64,000 nucleotides of DNA from Deltaproteobacteria bacterium (GTDB lineage Bacteria; Myxococcota_A; Polyangia; Polyangiales; Houyiibacteriaceae). The translations under genes and the position numbers were made by a program. Below are positions 17,830-26,624 of the stretch, one piece after another; the first letter of the stretch is position 1, and every line of letters begins with the position of its first letter. The notes under the pieces were generated by a model. The model ran no database searches and was not told the origin of the DNA. It worked only from the letters and a program-made list of their open reading frames with translations. The stretch lies in assembly GCA_034670305.1 (NCBI GenBank), contig JAXMNT010000021.1:57762-121761 (forward strand), in the 5' to 3' direction.

Positions 17830-18723
17830 ATGGCCGACCGTCCCATTCTGTTCACGCCCCCGAAGAGCCCTTACCTCGTGCCGTTCAACGGACGGTGGAA
17901 GGTCGACAAAGCCGACACCGCACCGCCCAAAGATCGGGACGGCAAGAAGGCGAAGAAGAAGCACAAGAAGGCGCTGGCCGAAGAGGTCGGCAAACTCGCG
18001 GAGCTTCAGCGCAGACTCTACGCCGCGGACCGGCACAGCGTGCTCTTCGTCTTCCAGGCGATGGATGCCGCGGGCAAAGACGGCACGATTCGCGCGGTGC
18101 TCAGTGGGGTGAACCCGGCCGGCGTGCAGGTCTCGTCGTTCAAGAAGCCGTCCGACGAAGAGATCGATCACGACTTCCTCTGGCGGACCACCCGCGCGCT
18201 GCCCGAACGTGGGCGCATCGGGATCTTCAACCGCAGCCACTACGAAGAAGTGCTCATCGTGCGTGTGCATCCGGGCATCCTGACCGGGCAGCGGCTCCCC
18301 AAGGTCGGCAAGTCGGTGTGGCGCGAGCGGTTCGAGTCCATTCGCAACTACGAGCAGCACCTCGCGCGCAACGGCACCGCGGTGGTGAAGTTCTTCTTGA
18401 ACGTGTCCAAGGACGAACAGCGCGATCGGCTGGTCGCGCGGATCGACGACGAGACGAAGAACTGGAAGTTCGAGGCGGGCGATCTCGTGACGCGCGCCAA
18501 CTGGGCGAAGTACATGGGGGCCTACCAGAGCGCCATCAACGCGACCTCTCGTCCGTGGGCGCCGTGGTACGCGATCCCGGCCGACGACAAGCCGTTCATG
18601 CGGGCGACCGTGGCGTCCATCATGCGCCGCACCCTCGAGGGTTTGAAGCCCAAGTATCCGTCGCTGGACGAAGCACAGACCGCCGCGCTGGCCGGACACC
18701 GAGAGGCGCTGCTCTCCGAGTAG
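17830..18723 (+). CDS. ppk2: Polyphosphate kinase 2 family (polyphosphate:nucleotide phosphotransferase, class III-like)
   Basis: FQAMDAAGKDGTIR, HDFLWR, FNRSHYEEVL and APWYAIPADDK motifs. Confidence 0.93.
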   Translation: MADRPILFTPPKSPYLVPFNGRWKVDKADTAPPKDRDGKKAKKKHKKALAEEVGKLAELQRRLYAADRHSVLFVFQAMDAAGKDGTIRAVLSGVNPAGVQVSSFKKPSDEEIDHDFLWRTTRALPERGRIGIFNRSHYEEVLIVRVHPGILTGQRLPKVGKSVWRERFESIRNYEQHLARNGTAVVKFFLNVSKDEQRDRLVARIDDETKNWKFEAGDLVTRANWAKYMGAYQSAINATSRPWAPWYAIPADDKPFMRATVASIMRRTLEGLKPKYPSLDEAQTAALAGHREALLSE

Positions 18724-18738
18724 CTCGGCGCTGCGCGC

Positions 18739-19422
18739 CTACTCGGTGAAGCCCGAACGGGTGAGCTGGAGGCTGCAGCGGCCGCAGCTGAAGGTGATCT
18801 GTTCCGGCCGCGCCGAACCGTAGGTGGCGCCAGAGCAGCTGCGCTCGATGCCCTTGTTGTTCAGCCGGAACCCCGCGTCCAGCGTCAGGGACCCGTCGGG
18901 CGCCACGGTGGCGTCGCCGAGGATCGTGTACGAGCGGGTCGAGGTGGAGAACCGCACCCGGCACGCGCCGATGTTGGAGATGGTGGTGTCGGCCAGGTAA
19001 CAGACCGCGTCGGGACAACCGGCCGTGTCGCAGACGGACCAGTCACCAGCGAGGTTCGGACAGATGGGGGCGGGCCCGGTGTCGGTGCCCGCATCCGGAC
19101 CCCCGTCCATGCCTTCGATTGTGGAGCCGGTGTCGACGCCGGTGTCGGTTGCGCCGGCATCCGACGGACCCGAGTCGACCGTGACCGCGCCATCCGGCTC
19201 GTTGCGCGCATCTTCCGCGTCGCCCGCGTCCACTGCGCCCGCGTCTTCTTCGCTGGGCGCATCTTCTCCAGCGGCGTCCACCAACCTGCGTTCGACGCAG
19301 AACCCGTTGAGACAGCGCTCGTCGGAGGCGCACTCGGAGGAGGTCGCGCAGGTATCGGCGGATTCCTCCGGCGAACACGCAACAAGGGCGGAGAAGAGCA
19401 CAAGACAGGCAAGACGCGACAT
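18739..19422 (-). CDS. Cys-rich hypothetical lipoprotein
   Basis: Lipobox LVAC; CATSSECASDERCLNGFC; DAG-rich linker. Confidence 0.8.
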   Translation of the reverse strand: MSRLACLVLFSALVACSPEESADTCATSSECASDERCLNGFCVERRLVDAAGEDAPSEEDAGAVDAGDAEDARNEPDGAVTVDSGPSDAGATDTGVDTGSTIEGMDGGPDAGTDTGPAPICPNLAGDWSVCDTAGCPDAVCYLADTTISNIGACRVRFSTSTRSYTILGDATVAPDGSLTLDAGFRLNNKGIERSCSGATYGSARPEQITFSCGRCSLQLTRSGFTE

Positions 19423-19607
19423 GGTGGCCGAGTGTAGCAGCGCGAACGCGATTCGCGTCCAGACACGGTTGGCGTGGGGTGGCGGCTCGGGTGGCCAGCG
19501 TCCCAGCCCGACTGGCCAGTGCGAACTCCACCTCGTTCCGGAATCATTGGCTTTTCCACCGGCGACATCGTGACTGTTAAGGCACGTTTGATGCTTCTAG
19601 GGACCGC

Positions 19608-20129
19608 ATGGACGACGATCAGCTCGATGTGTTCCCAGAGTTCGTGCCCACCGCGCCGGTCGCTGCCGCCCTGCTGCTCGGACACGACGACGAAGCACCG
19701 ACGATGCGGTTCGATCGCCGCGAGGTCCTCGAGGAGCTCCGCCGCCAGGACGAAGCCGCGCTCAAGGCGCAGCTCGGTGCGGACGATCCGCTCGGGTTCC
19801 GTGAGTGCCAGACCCTCGACACCTTCCGCGACCTCGTCGGTCGCAGCCGCCGCACCCAGAGTCAGACCCCGACGCTGCCCGCGCCGCCGCCGCTGCCCGC
19901 CGCGTCCGCCCGTTTGACCGACGCCGCGCCGCTCCGCTTGGTCCGGCGCAAGTCGAGCTGGATGGACAAGCTGCCTTCGGGGACCCGTGCGGTGCTCGAG
20001 GACGCGGCATCGCTCACGCCGAGCTGGCCGCTGCAGGCCCGCGTGGTGGGCGCCGTCGCGATCCCGAAACAGCGCATTCCTTCGCTCCGCTCCGTGGCGC
20101 GGCCTTCGCTCCACGCCAGCACGCCCTGA
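19608..20129 (+). CDS. Hypothetical protein
   Basis: Fills the gap before the deiminase on the same strand with plausible codons; no motif recognised. Confidence 0.55.
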   Translation: MDDDQLDVFPEFVPTAPVAAALLLGHDDEAPTMRFDRREVLEELRRQDEAALKAQLGADDPLGFRECQTLDTFRDLVGRSRRTQSQTPTLPAPPPLPAASARLTDAAPLRLVRRKSSWMDKLPSGTRAVLEDAASLTPSWPLQARVVGAVAIPKQRIPSLRSVARPSLHASTP

Positions 20130-20142
20130 TCTGAGGTCTGCG

Positions 20143-21072
20143 ATGATCCCCGCCGAGTGGGCGCCGCATCGGGCGACGTGGCTGGCCTGGCCGTACCGGG
20201 ACGACGAGTGGACCGATCTGTCGGCCGCCCAGGATGAGATCCGGACCTTCATCGAAGCCATCGCTGAGACCGAACGGGTCGACCTGCTCGTGCATCCCTC
20301 GCTCGACGAACCGCCGACGTTCGAGGGCAACGTCTCGATCCACCGCCTCGCGTACGGCGACGCCTGGACCCGCGACACCTTTCCGATCTTCACATCGGAC
20401 GGCCGCGCGGTGGTGTTCGGGTTCGACGGCTGGGGTGGCAAGTACCGCATGCCCGGCGACGAAGATCTCTCCGCGCGCATCGCGGCGCACTGCGGAGTGG
20501 ACGCGGTGGCGTCGGACCTCGTGCTCGAAGGGGGCGCGCTCGAGTTCGATGGCGCCGGCAACGTGCTGACCACCCGCGCGTGTGTGGCACTGCGCAACCC
20601 GTCGAAGGGCGACGCGGCGTTCAAGGATCTCGCGCGGGTGCTTCAGTGCGAGGTGTGGGCCATCGACGGCACGCTCCAGAACGACCACACGGACGGGCAC
20701 ATCGACACGCTCGCCCGGTTCGTGGAACCCGGACGGGTCTTGTGCATGCATGGGCGCACCGGCGATCCGAACCGCGACGCGATGCGCTCGATCGCCAAGC
20801 AGTTGGCGCGGCTCGGCCTGCACGTGGATCTCGTGCCCTCGCCTGGAGAGGTGCGCACCGCGGACGGAACACTGCTTCCCGCGAGCTACTGCAACTACTA
20901 CCTCGCCAACGGCGCGGTCCTCGTGCCGACCTACGGCGTGCCGAACGACGCCGAAGCGGTCGAGACGATCGGCGCACTCTTTCCGGACCGCCGCGCCCAG
21001 GCCGTCCCTTCGCGCGCCATCCTCGAAGGCGGCGGCGCGCTGCACTGCATCACCCAGCAGCACCCCGCGTAA
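20143..21072 (+). CDS. aguA: Agmatine deiminase / peptidylarginine deiminase family
   Basis: PAEW...WLAWP, DAWTRD, LEGG, DHTDGHID, ASYCNYY and GGGALHCITQQ motifs. Confidence 0.9.
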   Translation: MIPAEWAPHRATWLAWPYRDDEWTDLSAAQDEIRTFIEAIAETERVDLLVHPSLDEPPTFEGNVSIHRLAYGDAWTRDTFPIFTSDGRAVVFGFDGWGGKYRMPGDEDLSARIAAHCGVDAVASDLVLEGGALEFDGAGNVLTTRACVALRNPSKGDAAFKDLARVLQCEVWAIDGTLQNDHTDGHIDTLARFVEPGRVLCMHGRTGDPNRDAMRSIAKQLARLGLHVDLVPSPGEVRTADGTLLPASYCNYYLANGAVLVPTYGVPNDAEAVETIGALFPDRRAQAVPSRAILEGGGALHCITQQHPA

Positions 21073-21090
21073 GCCCGCGCGCTCGGAAGT

Positions 21091-22479
21091 TCAGTCGAGG
21101 GGGTCGGGCACCGGCAGCGGTGTCGTGCTGGCGCTCAGGCCGCTTCCCAGCTGACCCCGCCGCCCGTCGCCGAAGCAGAGAATGCCGCCGGCTGCGGTGA
21201 GCACACAGGTGTGGCTCCGGCCGGCGGAGACCTGCACGATGCGGGCGAGCTCCGGCACATTCGTCGGTCGCGCGCCGCCGGACCCTTCGTGCCCGAGCTG
21301 TCCGTCTTCGTTCGAACCCCAGCACCGGACGGTGTTGTCCATCATCACCGCGCAGGTGTGGTCGAGGCCCGCCGACACCTGCTGCGCAGGCGACGAGTTG
21401 GCGATCGGCCCGAGCGTGTTGGCCGTCCCAGGGCTGCGGCCGGACTGCCCGCTGAGGCTCGAACCCCAGCAGCGCACGGCGTCGTCCGCGAGGCCGATCG
21501 CGCAGGTGTGATCGAACGCGGTCGAGAGGCCGCGAAACCCGCCCCGCGCGAGACCCACCGAGACGAAGTCTGGGGACGGCTCGCCTTCCCCGTTCGCCAG
21601 CTGCCCGTGGTTGCGGGCGCCGACGCAGAAGATGCCGCCCGTGCGCTCGAGGACACACGAGTGGGAGCCGCCCGCGCCGACTTCGGCGACCGGGTCCTCG
21701 AAGTCACCGACCTCGGGCGGGCTCGAACGCGAGACGCCGCCGATGCCGAGCTGACTCTGCCCGTTGGCGCCCCAGGCTTCGTAGTTCTCGCCCCGCACCG
21801 CGAGGGTGTGCTGGCCGCCCGCGGAGAGCTGGCCGGCGGTGCCGCTGAGGAAGACCTCGGTCGGCGGCAAGGTCGGGTCCATGCCTTCCGCGATCTGGTT
21901 GATGTCGTTGGCCCCCCAGCAGAAGACGCGGCCTTCGGCGGACCGAGCACACGTGTGGCGATCGCCCGCTTCGACCTGAGCGACGGGGCCTGGGAGCACC
22001 ACCCGCCGGGGTTCGGGGGAGAGGTCACCAGCGGGCGCCGCGAGTTGCCCGGCTTCGTTGTCTCCCCAGCACACGACCGAGCCGACCGTGGTCCACGCGC
22101 AGGTGTGGGCGCCGCCCGCGGTCACACCGACGTAGTGAAGCTGGCACCCGTCGGGGGCGCACCGCTCCCCCGGATCGCATTCGCACGCGTCCACGGTGGC
22201 GCCGTCCATGGTCGCGGCTGCGTCGTCCGCCGCATCGCGCAGCGTCGCGTCTACCACCACTGGGCCATCCACCCGAACCAGTGCATCGAAGGACGCGTCG
22301 ATCGACGCGTCGAAATCGCCGCCGTCGATCCGGACCACGCCTCCGTCCACTTCGTCGGGCGCTGGGTAGAGGTCGAGGGTGAGTCCACACCCGCTGCTGA
22401 CCACGCCCAAGAGCAGGATCTGCAAACAGAGGTGTCGCGTCGCCGAGGCGCGAGGTGTCGACGAACCTCGTGGGGTCAC
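21091..22479 (-). CDS. RCC1-repeat beta-propeller lipoprotein
   Basis: Repeated AGxxHTC...CWGxNxxGQLG; lipobox-like SSGC. GTG start at 22479 is inferred. Confidence 0.88.
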   Translation of the reverse strand: MTPRGSSTPRASATRHLCLQILLLGVVSSGCGLTLDLYPAPDEVDGGVVRIDGGDFDASIDASFDALVRVDGPVVVDATLRDAADDAAATMDGATVDACECDPGERCAPDGCQLHYVGVTAGGAHTCAWTTVGSVVCWGDNEAGQLAAPAGDLSPEPRRVVLPGPVAQVEAGDRHTCARSAEGRVFCWGANDINQIAEGMDPTLPPTEVFLSGTAGQLSAGGQHTLAVRGENYEAWGANGQSQLGIGGVSRSSPPEVGDFEDPVAEVGAGGSHSCVLERTGGIFCVGARNHGQLANGEGEPSPDFVSVGLARGGFRGLSTAFDHTCAIGLADDAVRCWGSSLSGQSGRSPGTANTLGPIANSSPAQQVSAGLDHTCAVMMDNTVRCWGSNEDGQLGHEGSGGARPTNVPELARIVQVSAGRSHTCVLTAAGGILCFGDGRRGQLGSGLSASTTPLPVPDPLD

Positions 22480-22498
22480 GCCCTCAGTATGGCGCGTT

Positions 22499-23101
22499 TC
22501 ACTTTTTTCCGGCAACTCCGTCCTTGTCGGAGGCGACCCCACACCGCGCCTTCCAGCCTCCGCCGCGCTGCCGCTCGCGGTGTTCGGGGCGAATCTCCGA
22601 GCGCGCATCGGGCGTGAGCAGCTCGCAGGGATCAAACCAATGCACCGTCCTGGCCTCGCCCAGCAACGCCGGGAGTGGCGCGGGATGGAACTCTTCGTTG
22701 TCGGGGCACCGGCGGTGCCAGAGCGCATCGGCTTCGATGGGCACGGACCCTTCGAACCAGAGCACTTCTTTGACGCCGCCATTGCAGTTCGTCGCGACGA
22801 CCAACCAACCCGCTGGCTCGGAGAGCTTGAACACGACGTCGTGGTGGAACTCGCCCTGGGTCCAGTGCGCCACGAGCTCGGGGGTGCATTCCACCGACAG
22901 CGCGCTCAAGACTTCGCCGAGCGTGAGGTGGGTGGCCAGCTGCTCCACCCATTGTTGTCCGAGGGGGATGGGCGCATCCCCCTCCGGCCTGCGGGGCACA
23001 GCCCCTCCGGCCTCCTCCCCAACTTCGCTTCGCACAAAGTGCTGCGCACTTTGACGGTCTTCGGCGCTTGACAGCGCTCTCGACCGCTGCGTTGTGTCCA
23101 T
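22499..23101 (-). CDS. Hypothetical protein
   Basis: Globular-looking core (HWTQGEFHHDVV...VATNCNGGVKEV...HWFDPCELL); true start is probably further downstream. Confidence 0.65.
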   Translation of the reverse strand: MDTTQRSRALSSAEDRQSAQHFVRSEVGEEAGGAVPRRPEGDAPIPLGQQWVEQLATHLTLGEVLSALSVECTPELVAHWTQGEFHHDVVFKLSEPAGWLVVATNCNGGVKEVLWFEGSVPIEADALWHRRCPDNEEFHPAPLPALLGEARTVHWFDPCELLTPDARSEIRPEHRERQRGGGWKARCGVASDKDGVAGKK

Positions 23102-23265
23102 GCCTGGCAACATGCGTCGGCGCCCCAAGATGTCTATCGAGACCTGTGATTTCGCCGAGGGGCCTCAACCAAGATTGTGGGTTCGGTGCCTTCCTGGGTG
23201 TACGTCCTCTGTGTGGTGGCGCCGCGATCGAGACAAAGGAGACACAGCGTTCTATTCTTCCGCCC

Positions 23266-25065
23266 ATGAAATCGGCGTGGGTTGGGGTGGGTGCGATCGC
23301 AGCAATGCTGCTGGTGCTCGGGTGTGGGGACGACGACTCGATGGGAGGCGGGGACGCGGGCAGCGACGCCGGCGGGGGCTGCGCGATCGCGTGCGACGAC
23401 GGGCTGTTCTGCAACGGCACCGAGCGCTGCGACCCCGGGTCGACCGAAGCGGACGAGAACGGCTGCGTTGCCGCCGCCGCGCCCTGCGGTGCCGGGTGCG
23501 ATGAGGCCACCGACATGTGCATGGGCGGCTGCGACGCCGACGGCGACGGCGCGGAGTCGTTTGGGTGCGGCGGCACGGACTGCGACGACGCGGACCCCGA
23601 CCGGTTCCCGGGCAACGCCGAGGTGTGCGACGCCGAAGGACACGACGAGGACTGCGACGACTCGACGCTCGGCGGCACCGACGGCGACAGCGATGGTGTG
23701 GTGTCGGACATGTGTTGCAACGGAGCGACCTGCGGCACCGACTGCGACGACGGGGACGCGGCGACGAGCCCCGGGGCGGCCGAGGTCTGCGACGAGATCG
23801 ACAACGACTGCGACGGAAGCGTGGACGAAGAGGCGAGCTCCACCGACTGGTACCCCGACGTCGACGGCGACCTCTTTGGCGATGCGTCGGGTGAACCGGT
23901 GCTCTCTTGCGCCGTCGTTCCCGGACACGCGAGCAACGGCTCCGACTGCGACGACGCCGAAGCGGGCACCCATCCCGGCGCGACCGAAATCGACGACGGC
24001 GTCGACCAAGACTGCGACGGCGCGGTCGACGAAGGGCTCGCGACCTGTACGGCGGCGGGACGCAGCACGTTCATCTTGCCAGACCCGGACAGCAGCGTGA
24101 TGGTCAACGGGGAGACCCGACCGACCAGCGGCTTCGGAGAGTGCGACGAGGACCTGCTCGGCGACGAAGAACACGCGTTCTTGATCCCGGACGGAGACCG
24201 GCGGACGCTGCGCTTCGAGCTGCTCTCGCCGCCCGAGGGCGCCGAGGTCAGCCTGGTGAAGAACTGCGGCCTCGTGGAGTGCGGCGGTGGACCCGACTTC
24301 TACCGATCGCTCGGGCCGGGCCGCTTCGATGCGGTCGTCGACATCCCGGGCGCCGAAGCCGTGCACACCCTGCGCGTGACCAGCGTGCGCCGCCCGGTTG
24401 GGCTCTCGATGTTCTCGCGCGGCATTCCGGAGACCCACACGAGCACGGTCAACACCGCGACCGAGGACTTCATGGCCGACATCGACTGTGCGCCTGGTGG
24501 CGAGCCCCATCCGCTCGGGGGCATCGGCTTGCTCACCGGACCCACCAGTCCTCCGACGGGCATTGCAGCGCACTGCCGTCCGATGGTGCTCAACACCCTC
24601 GAGGCGGAGCGCGACACGTGGCGGATCCTCACGGACGCCGATCGACGGCAGCCGGTCCCGGGCCGGATGGAGCTCTACGTGCGCGTCACCTCCAGAGGCA
24701 CGCCTGGCACGGTCGCCGGTGACGGGGTCGATGGTTTCTGCGCGGCGGGCAACTACATGTCCGGCCTCGCCATATACGCGCGGCCGCTCGGGCCACGGGG
24801 CGCGGCCCAGATCGTCGGCTTGGCGCCGATGTGCTCGAACGTGACCTTCAGCGGGGCCCACGCCGGTCCGTTCCGCGCCCAACGTGGGCGCACCGAGACG
24901 GAGGGTCTCGTGCTCGGGACCGCCGACGAAGCCAACCGAACCGAGCTCTCCTGTGGCAGCGGCTTCGTGACTCGATTCGCCGCCGGGTTCCAGACCGTCG
25001 ACGGGCCCATCAGCGAAGTCTCCATCGGGTGTGTCGATGTCGAGGTCGTGCTCGAGGCGCTCTGA
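23266..25065 (+). CDS. Lipoprotein with putative metal-binding (MopE-like) DCDD...PGA.E.CD repeats
   Basis: Lipobox VLGC; DCDDADPDRFPGNAEVCD and DCDDGDAATSPGAAEVCDEIDNDCDG repeats; TATTCT 7 nt before ATG. Confidence 0.85.
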   Translation: MKSAWVGVGAIAAMLLVLGCGDDDSMGGGDAGSDAGGGCAIACDDGLFCNGTERCDPGSTEADENGCVAAAAPCGAGCDEATDMCMGGCDADGDGAESFGCGGTDCDDADPDRFPGNAEVCDAEGHDEDCDDSTLGGTDGDSDGVVSDMCCNGATCGTDCDDGDAATSPGAAEVCDEIDNDCDGSVDEEASSTDWYPDVDGDLFGDASGEPVLSCAVVPGHASNGSDCDDAEAGTHPGATEIDDGVDQDCDGAVDEGLATCTAAGRSTFILPDPDSSVMVNGETRPTSGFGECDEDLLGDEEHAFLIPDGDRRTLRFELLSPPEGAEVSLVKNCGLVECGGGPDFYRSLGPGRFDAVVDIPGAEAVHTLRVTSVRRPVGLSMFSRGIPETHTSTVNTATEDFMADIDCAPGGEPHPLGGIGLLTGPTSPPTGIAAHCRPMVLNTLEAERDTWRILTDADRRQPVPGRMELYVRVTSRGTPGTVAGDGVDGFCAAGNYMSGLAIYARPLGPRGAAQIVGLAPMCSNVTFSGAHAGPFRAQRGRTETEGLVLGTADEANRTELSCGSGFVTRFAAGFQTVDGPISEVSIGCVDVEVVLEAL

Positions 25066-25089
25066 GCGAAGGGCGCGGGCAGACGCCGA

Positions 25090-25593
25090 TCAGCGCGCCT
25101 GCGCGGCGGCGGCTTCTTCGAGTTGGCGCTGCACGCTTCGCGGCACGCTCTCGCGCAGGTGGATCTTCCAGCCCCGATCGGTGCGGTGCAGCACCACGGG
25201 GCGCGTCGGGCCCGCGTCGTCGGAGGCGATGGTGTGCGCCACGCGTTCGTCGCCCGAGATCACGAGATCGTCTTTCACTGGCGCGAGGCTGCCGAACACA
25301 TAGCCGACCAGTCCTTCGTCCTGTGCGCCTCCGTAGTCGACGAAACACTCGTCGCGCGTGGCCGGGTCGTTCAGGTGGAAGGTGCGGCCGATCTCCATGC
25401 GCCGGAGGATCTCCTTTTGGGGCAAGTCCGCGACGCCGTAACAATCCAGGAACGTGAAGAGGGTCGCGCGCGGGTTGTGGAAACGCAGGTCGTCGATCGG
25501 CGCGTCGGCATGCGGCATCCACACGAACGCCGCGACCGCCAAGACGCTCAAGCCACCCGCGAGGCCGAGCAAGGAAGTCAGACGGCGGTTCAT
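25090..25593 (-). CDS. Hypothetical membrane-anchored protein, translationally coupled to the carboxypeptidase
   Basis: ATG at 25593 overlaps the upstream TGA (ATGA); N-terminal hydrophobic helix. Confidence 0.75.
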   Translation of the reverse strand: MNRRLTSLLGLAGGLSVLAVAAFVWMPHADAPIDDLRFHNPRATLFTFLDCYGVADLPQKEILRRMEIGRTFHLNDPATRDECFVDYGGAQDEGLVGYVFGSLAPVKDDLVISGDERVAHTIASDDAGPTRPVVLHRTDRGWKIHLRESVPRSVQRQLEEAAAAQAR

Positions 25594-26462
25594 CGAGGTC
25601 GGGTGGTGGAGAGGGTGCCGCGCACGAAGCGCTCGAGCGTTGGCGCCAGGGCGGTCACCGTGCGGTTGGGGCTCATGGGGTTGAACCACTCGAAGGGCTG
25701 TCGCCACCGCGACGGCGTGAGCCATTCGAAGCCCCCGTCGCACTCCACCAGGATCGCGTCCGCGCCGTACTCGGCGTGCAGGGTGTCGAGCTCCATGCCG
25801 TACGCGAACGCGCCGGGCACCCAGCGGGCGGACTGCGTGGCGCCGTAGTCGGTCGCGGAAGCGATCGTCTCGGCGATTCGCTTCTGGGATCCTCCGTCTT
25901 CGGGGGCCGCCCAGATCCCGCCGTAGGGGTAGAGCACTTTGCGCCCGAAGCTGTGCATGCTCAGGGCGCGCTGCAGCCCGTGTCCCTGCGCCTTCCACGC
26001 ATCGAGCCCACGGCAGACCGCGTCGACTTCCGGTTCGGAACGCGGGCGGCTGCCGCCGTGTCCCAACCGCGGAAGGAACTTCGCGCGCCAGTGGGCGCCC
26101 CGCCAATGCGTCGGCCAGTTGCGGTTCAGATCCACGCCGCGGGCGTTGGTGCGGTCGAAGCTGCGCTTTCCGGCGGCGCGCCCGCGCTCCACCCGCCGGT
26201 AGCCGTCCGGGTTCACGAGCGGATGTACCCGGACCACGCAGTCCTTCGGAGGATCCTCGACGAGCCGTTGCAGCAGTGCGAGCGCCACCTCGACGCCGAT
26301 CCACTCCATCGCGTGAATGCCGCCGAGCACCACCGCGCGACCTGCCCCTTGGCCGACATCCACGGCGAGCAAGGGTTCGCCTTCCAGGCTCTCCCCCACC
26401 GGCCGGGCCCCGAGCCCCTGCAACTTCGCCTTGAGCGCTTCGTACGAATGGTATCGCGCCAT
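25590..26462 (-). CDS. M14 family zinc carboxypeptidase
   Basis: GIHAMEW (HxxE), NPDG, NARGVDLNRNW, SEPE and SMHSFG motifs. Confidence 0.9.
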   Translation of the reverse strand: MARYHSYEALKAKLQGLGARPVGESLEGEPLLAVDVGQGAGRAVVLGGIHAMEWIGVEVALALLQRLVEDPPKDCVVRVHPLVNPDGYRRVERGRAAGKRSFDRTNARGVDLNRNWPTHWRGAHWRAKFLPRLGHGGSRPRSEPEVDAVCRGLDAWKAQGHGLQRALSMHSFGRKVLYPYGGIWAAPEDGGSQKRIAETIASATDYGATQSARWVPGAFAYGMELDTLHAEYGADAILVECDGGFEWLTPSRWRQPFEWFNPMSPNRTVTALAPTLERFVRGTLSTTRPR

Positions 26463-26624
26463 CGGCGGAGTCTAGACCGAGCCCGCGCCACCACTCGACG
26501 GTTTCCGCTGAGTCGCCGGGCAGCCAGGTTCTCAGGGGAACTTTGATGCGGTTCTTCCGAGCGCGTGTTCGATCGCACTGTGTGTAAGCCCCGGTGCGAG
26601 AATCTCGGATAGGCTGCGGCCGAT